From Armatimonadota bacterium (lineage in GTDB: Bacteria > Sysuimicrobiota > Sysuimicrobiia > Sysuimicrobiales > Humicultoraceae): a stretch of DNA of 11,851 nt. How positions within the stretch are numbered: position 1 is the stretch's first letter; each line of letters opens with the position of its first letter. The notes under the pieces were generated by a model. That model was given only the letters and a program-made list of their open reading frames with translations, had not been told where the DNA came from and made no database searches. Position numbers and translations under genes: made by a program. The DNA is taken from NCBI GenBank assembly GCA_052386995.1, contig JBQTJP010000267.1, positions 1 to 11,851 on the forward strand. Direction: 5' to 3'. Of this stretch, positions 7,612 to 11,851 are shown piece by piece.

Positions 7612-7632
7612 GACGCCTCCTCTCCCGGCGGG

Positions 7633-8216
7633 TTACGGACGCGGCCCCGCGCGGATGAACCAGAGCACCGTCTCCCCGTAGCGCGCCTCCCGCGCCACAG
7701 CGTACCCCTCGGGCAGCGCGGGCCGATCGCGCCAGTGCCCTTCTCCTACGATGACGCCCGAAGGCGCCAGCAAGCCCGCGCCGGCGACCGCCGCGATTGA
7801 TCGCGCCAGCCATCCCGCACCGTACGGCGGATCGACAAGGATCAGATCAAATGAGGCCCCGCGTCCGCCCAGACGTCCGACGGCGACCAGCGCGTCCTCG
7901 CACCGAACCTCCGCCCGGCCTCGAACGCCCTCCTGCCGCAGCCGGTCCTCGATCGCCCGTGCGTGACGCGGATCTTGCTCGACGAAGACCGCCCGCTCAG
8001 CCCCACGGTGCAGGGCCTCGATCCCGAGCGCCCCGGTGCCGGCAAAGAGATCGAGGACGCTGGCGCCGGCCGTTGCCGCTCCCAGACTGTTGAAGAGACC
8101 ATCGCGCACGCGCGCCGCCGTGGGACGCAGTGTCTCACGGGCTCCGGGCGGAGCCCGCCGGGCGCCCGATTGCCCGTGGGGGCGACGGACGTACTCGCGG
8201 CGGATGCGCATGCCGG

Positions 8217-8220
<4 letters not shown>
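7633..8220 (-). CDS. rsmD: 16S rRNA m2G966 methyltransferase RsmD-like, ~195 aa
   Basis: LRPT..RVRDGLFNSL, SAM-binding LDLFAGTGALGIEAL.RGA, DPPY and YGET. ATG at 8220 overlaps the recG TGA (ATGA); alternative ATG at 8211. Matches recG-rsmD-coaD synteny. Confidence 0.92.
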
Positions 8221-10343
<2,123 letters not shown>

Positions 10344-10429
10344 GGCTCACCGACCCGCCAGGAGCCACGGGTCGTGCGTGAAGTTCGCCGCGCTTCTGAG
10401 CACTCCTTGGTGCGCACGAGCGCGGCGCC

Positions 10430-10489
10430 TGTCAAGTCATGAGAGAATCTTACCGAGCGGGTCATCATCGCGCCACGTAAGTTCTTACC
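10430..10489 (-). repeat. IS right end: two copies of a ~25-bp putative transposase-binding motif
   Basis: Minus strand has GGTAAGAACTTACGTGGCGCGATGA from 10489 and GGTAAGATTCTCTCATGACTTGACA from 10454. The starts are 35 bp apart. Confidence 0.8.
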
Positions 10490-11760
10490 GAAAGCTCCCC
10501 GGGTGTTAGGTCTGCCATCTGGACGGCCATGCGGAGGCGTCGAGCCACATCCCTGAAGGTCTCACGCTCGATGCGACTGAGCGGACGTGGGGGAGGCGTT
10601 CCAGGGCCCCTCCGACGGGGGCGGTACTGAGGGGTCGCGAGGCGATAGACCCGAGCCAGTTTGCGCTCGATCGCGGCGGCGAGGGCGAAGGGATCGAGGC
10701 GCCTGCGCAGCTGCTGGAGTGCCGGCAGGCGCGCGGGATCGGTGTCGGAAGACGCGAGGAGACGGTCCAGGGGCGTCTGCGGGCGATCGTAGTGGCGGGT
10801 GAGCCGGGCGCCCACGCGGACCTTGCGGATCAGTTTGACGGAGGGTTGAAACAGATTCATCATCCACCGGAGCTCCCCGCGGTAGAGCTCGTTGATCGCA
10901 TCGCGGGCGGCGGGGGAATCATAGCGGTCCCAGCCCAAGAACTTCCGCACGTGGGTCCAGTTCTTCTGCTCGACATGAGCATTGTCGTCTTTCTTGTAGG
11001 GGCGGCCGCGGGTGAACTGAATGCCGTGCTGCTGGCAGTAGTGGAACAGGTGGTGGTTGATGAAGCCGGCGTCGTTGTCAGCATCGAGCCCGCGCAGGGG
11101 AAAGGGCAGGGCCTGCTCGATCTCCTCCACGGCCGCGACGATGGCAGTCTAGCTCTTGCCGAGGACCGCGCGGGTCTCGACCCAGGTGGAGTGAATGTCG
11201 GTGAGGGTCAGCGAGTGGAGATAGTCGCCCTCTGCCGCCGGGCCGCAATGGGCGACCAGATCGGTCTCGGCGAAGCCGGGCGTGGACACCTCCCAGTGCG
11301 TGGTCCGGATGGGGATGTGGTGCTTGAGCAAGGTACCGGGTTTCGTGCGGCCGTAGAGGCGGCGGCGCTGCTGGCGCTTGCGCGGCTGGAGGTGGCGGTC
11401 GATGGTCCGAGGGCTGATCCTCAGCAATTGGCGGGCGACGGGGGGAGCGATGCGCCAGCGGCGCTGCGCCCAGGGGAGCCAAAGCGGCAGAAGGGCTTTC
11501 AACCGGACCGACCAGGGATAGCCGGCGGCTTCCCAGATCGCGGCCAGGCGCTCGATGACCTGTGGCCCGTAGGTGGGGCGGCGTCGGCGTCTCGTCCGTG
11601 TCGAGGACGGAGGATGGGTCAGGACCTGAATGGCGTGCTTGCGATGGTAGCCGGTGGTGGCACAGACCTCGTCGAGGAGGCGGGCCTTCGCCGGCCGCGA
11701 GGCGGTGCGATAGCGCTGACGGATCAGGGCCAGGTACTCATGCCGCGACTGGGGGCTCAT
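10465..11760 (-). pseudogene. DDE integrase-core transposase interrupted by an in-frame amber stop at 11151-11149
   Basis: ORFs 11149-11760 and 10465-11130 are in the same frame, joined as LGKS*TAIVAAVEEIEQALPFP. Shows an N-terminal HTH-like region (RYR.AS...K..LLDE....GYHRKHAI) and catalytic candidates ETD, DADN and NAHVEQKN. GGAGGA RBS at 11771-11766. Confidence 0.88.
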
Positions 11761-11789
11761 GGGGGTCCTCCGAGAGCGATGTCTGCTCG

Positions 11790-11849
11790 GGTAAGATCTT
11801 TCGTGACGCGACGATAGCCCCTTGGGTAAGATTTTAGGCGGCGCGATTC
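11790..11849 (+). repeat. IS left end: two copies of the same motif in inverted orientation
   Basis: Plus strand has GGTAAGATCTTTCGTGACGCGACGA from 11790 and GGTAAGATTTTAGGCGGCGCGATTC from 11825. The starts are 35 bp apart. Confidence 0.8.
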
Positions 11850-11851
11850 GC

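Larger units (their letters stand above)
10430..11851 (-). mobile_element. Insertion sequence with rve/DDE transposase (ISNCY/IS481-related; exact family not determined); the left end probably extends past the window
   Basis: Transposase ORF flanked by inverted arrays of a GGTAAGA-initiated motif. The right terminus reads TGT inward from 10430 (TGTCAAGTCATGAGAGAATCTTACC). Confidence 0.85.

Noticed and set aside
11149..11151. Genome-wide TAG recoding (alternative genetic code or pyrrolysine)
   Set aside because: TAG is the normal terminator of fabF, acpP, fabD, yceD and the coiled-coil gene at their expected C-termini, and no pyl genes are present in the window.
10430..11849. GGTAAGA repeats as a CRISPR array
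   Set aside because: There are only two degenerate copies per side, in inverted orientation around a transposase, with no spacer-sized unique sequences and no cas genes.

Overview
High-GC bacterial chromosomal window in which all credible genes lie on the minus strand. In transcription order they are: an rve/DDE (ISNCY/IS481-like) insertion sequence whose transposase carries one in-frame TAG, then recG, rsmD, coaD, a coiled-coil SepIVA-like gene, a consensus sigma70 promoter, yceD (DUF177), rpmF, fabH, fabD, a fabG-like gene, acpP, fabF, rnc and a HIT hydrolase. The window ends with a short signal-peptide-like remnant and a structured non-coding stretch at the edge. Most of it is ordinary housekeeping (the type II fatty-acid synthesis cluster, without plsX). 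Four things stand out. (1) The cluster's FabG has lost several catalytic and cofactor motifs (YxxxK to YxxxR, catalytic Ser, NNAG) yet remains an intact, translationally coupled ORF. (2) Positions 1-150 are non-coding, carry crossing complementary segments and resemble the non-coding left end of IS110-family (bridge-RNA) elements, apparently truncating a secreted-protein gene. (3) Both IS ends carry inverted arrays of a ~25-bp motif with identical 35-bp spacing. (4) A long GC hairpin lies directly upstream of acpP. No database searches were run; family calls rest on motif recognition.
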